DNA of 63,850 nucleotides, filler included, from Raillietiella orientalis (Eukaryota), in the NCBI GenBank assembly GCA_036172245.1. It is 3 parts of 3 records of this genome, joined end to end, with 100 filler letters (N's around TTAATTAATTAA, not from the genome) between each part and the next. Parts side by side here need not be neighbours in the genome. Positions count along the whole stretch, not along the records: positions 49,134 to 63,850 come from JAYWIR010000255.1; 2 more parts are not named here. The stretch is one strand, 5' to 3'. Shown piece by piece: positions 63,746 through 63,850 of this stretch. The position numbers were made by a program, and so were the translations under genes. Positions within the stretch are counted from its first letter, which is position 1; each line of letters begins with the position of its first letter. The notes beneath the pieces were generated by a model. That model was not told the origin of the DNA. It saw only the letters and a list, made by a program, of their open reading frames with translations, and did not search any database.

Positions 63746-63850
63746 CCACTTTTCACGGCGGTGGACCAAGGGAGAGAAACGAGAACCACTGCATCTTCTG
63801 TAAGTTGCGAACGATTTTCTTCAACGACTGAGTATTGTTCGCGCATCGCT
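63746..63850. other. Non-satellite sequence: array boundary or start of an insertion
   Basis: Monomer breaks off after ...GAAATTTCATT and unrelated sequence runs to the window end. Confidence 0.7.

Overview
Eukaryotic (pancrustacean arthropod-like) nuclear repeat region made of three contigs joined by artificial 100-bp linkers (N44-TTAATTAATTAA-N44). (1) 1-~5000: a decayed mitochondrial insertion (NUMT), collinear with an arthropod mitogenome but missing two multi-gene blocks: nad1/nad4/trnH/nad5 on +, atp8/trnD/cox2/trnL2/cox1/trnW on -, trnY/trnC on +, nad2 on -. (2) ~5000-24498: a head-to-tail, minus-strand array of ~5.5-kb L1-group (Tx1-like) non-LTR retrotransposons (ORF1 = RRM-like + 3 CCHC knuckles; ORF2 = APE endonuclease + RT + C-terminal Zn finger). 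At all three intact unit junctions sits a full-length (164 nt) variant U1 snRNA sequence. It keeps the four stem-loops, the U1A loop and the Sm site, but has a rewritten 5' splice-site-pairing end. It starts 8 nt after the previous unit's AATAAA, with no poly(A) tail between. Two copies are identical although their flanking elements are clearly diverged. This U1-LINE tandem system is the most interesting signal. (3) 24599-63745: two arrays of a 278-bp satellite (two subfamilies, about 84% identical by hand count) with local higher-order duplications; the many short ORFs there are satellite artefacts. All alignments were done by eye and boundaries are approximate.
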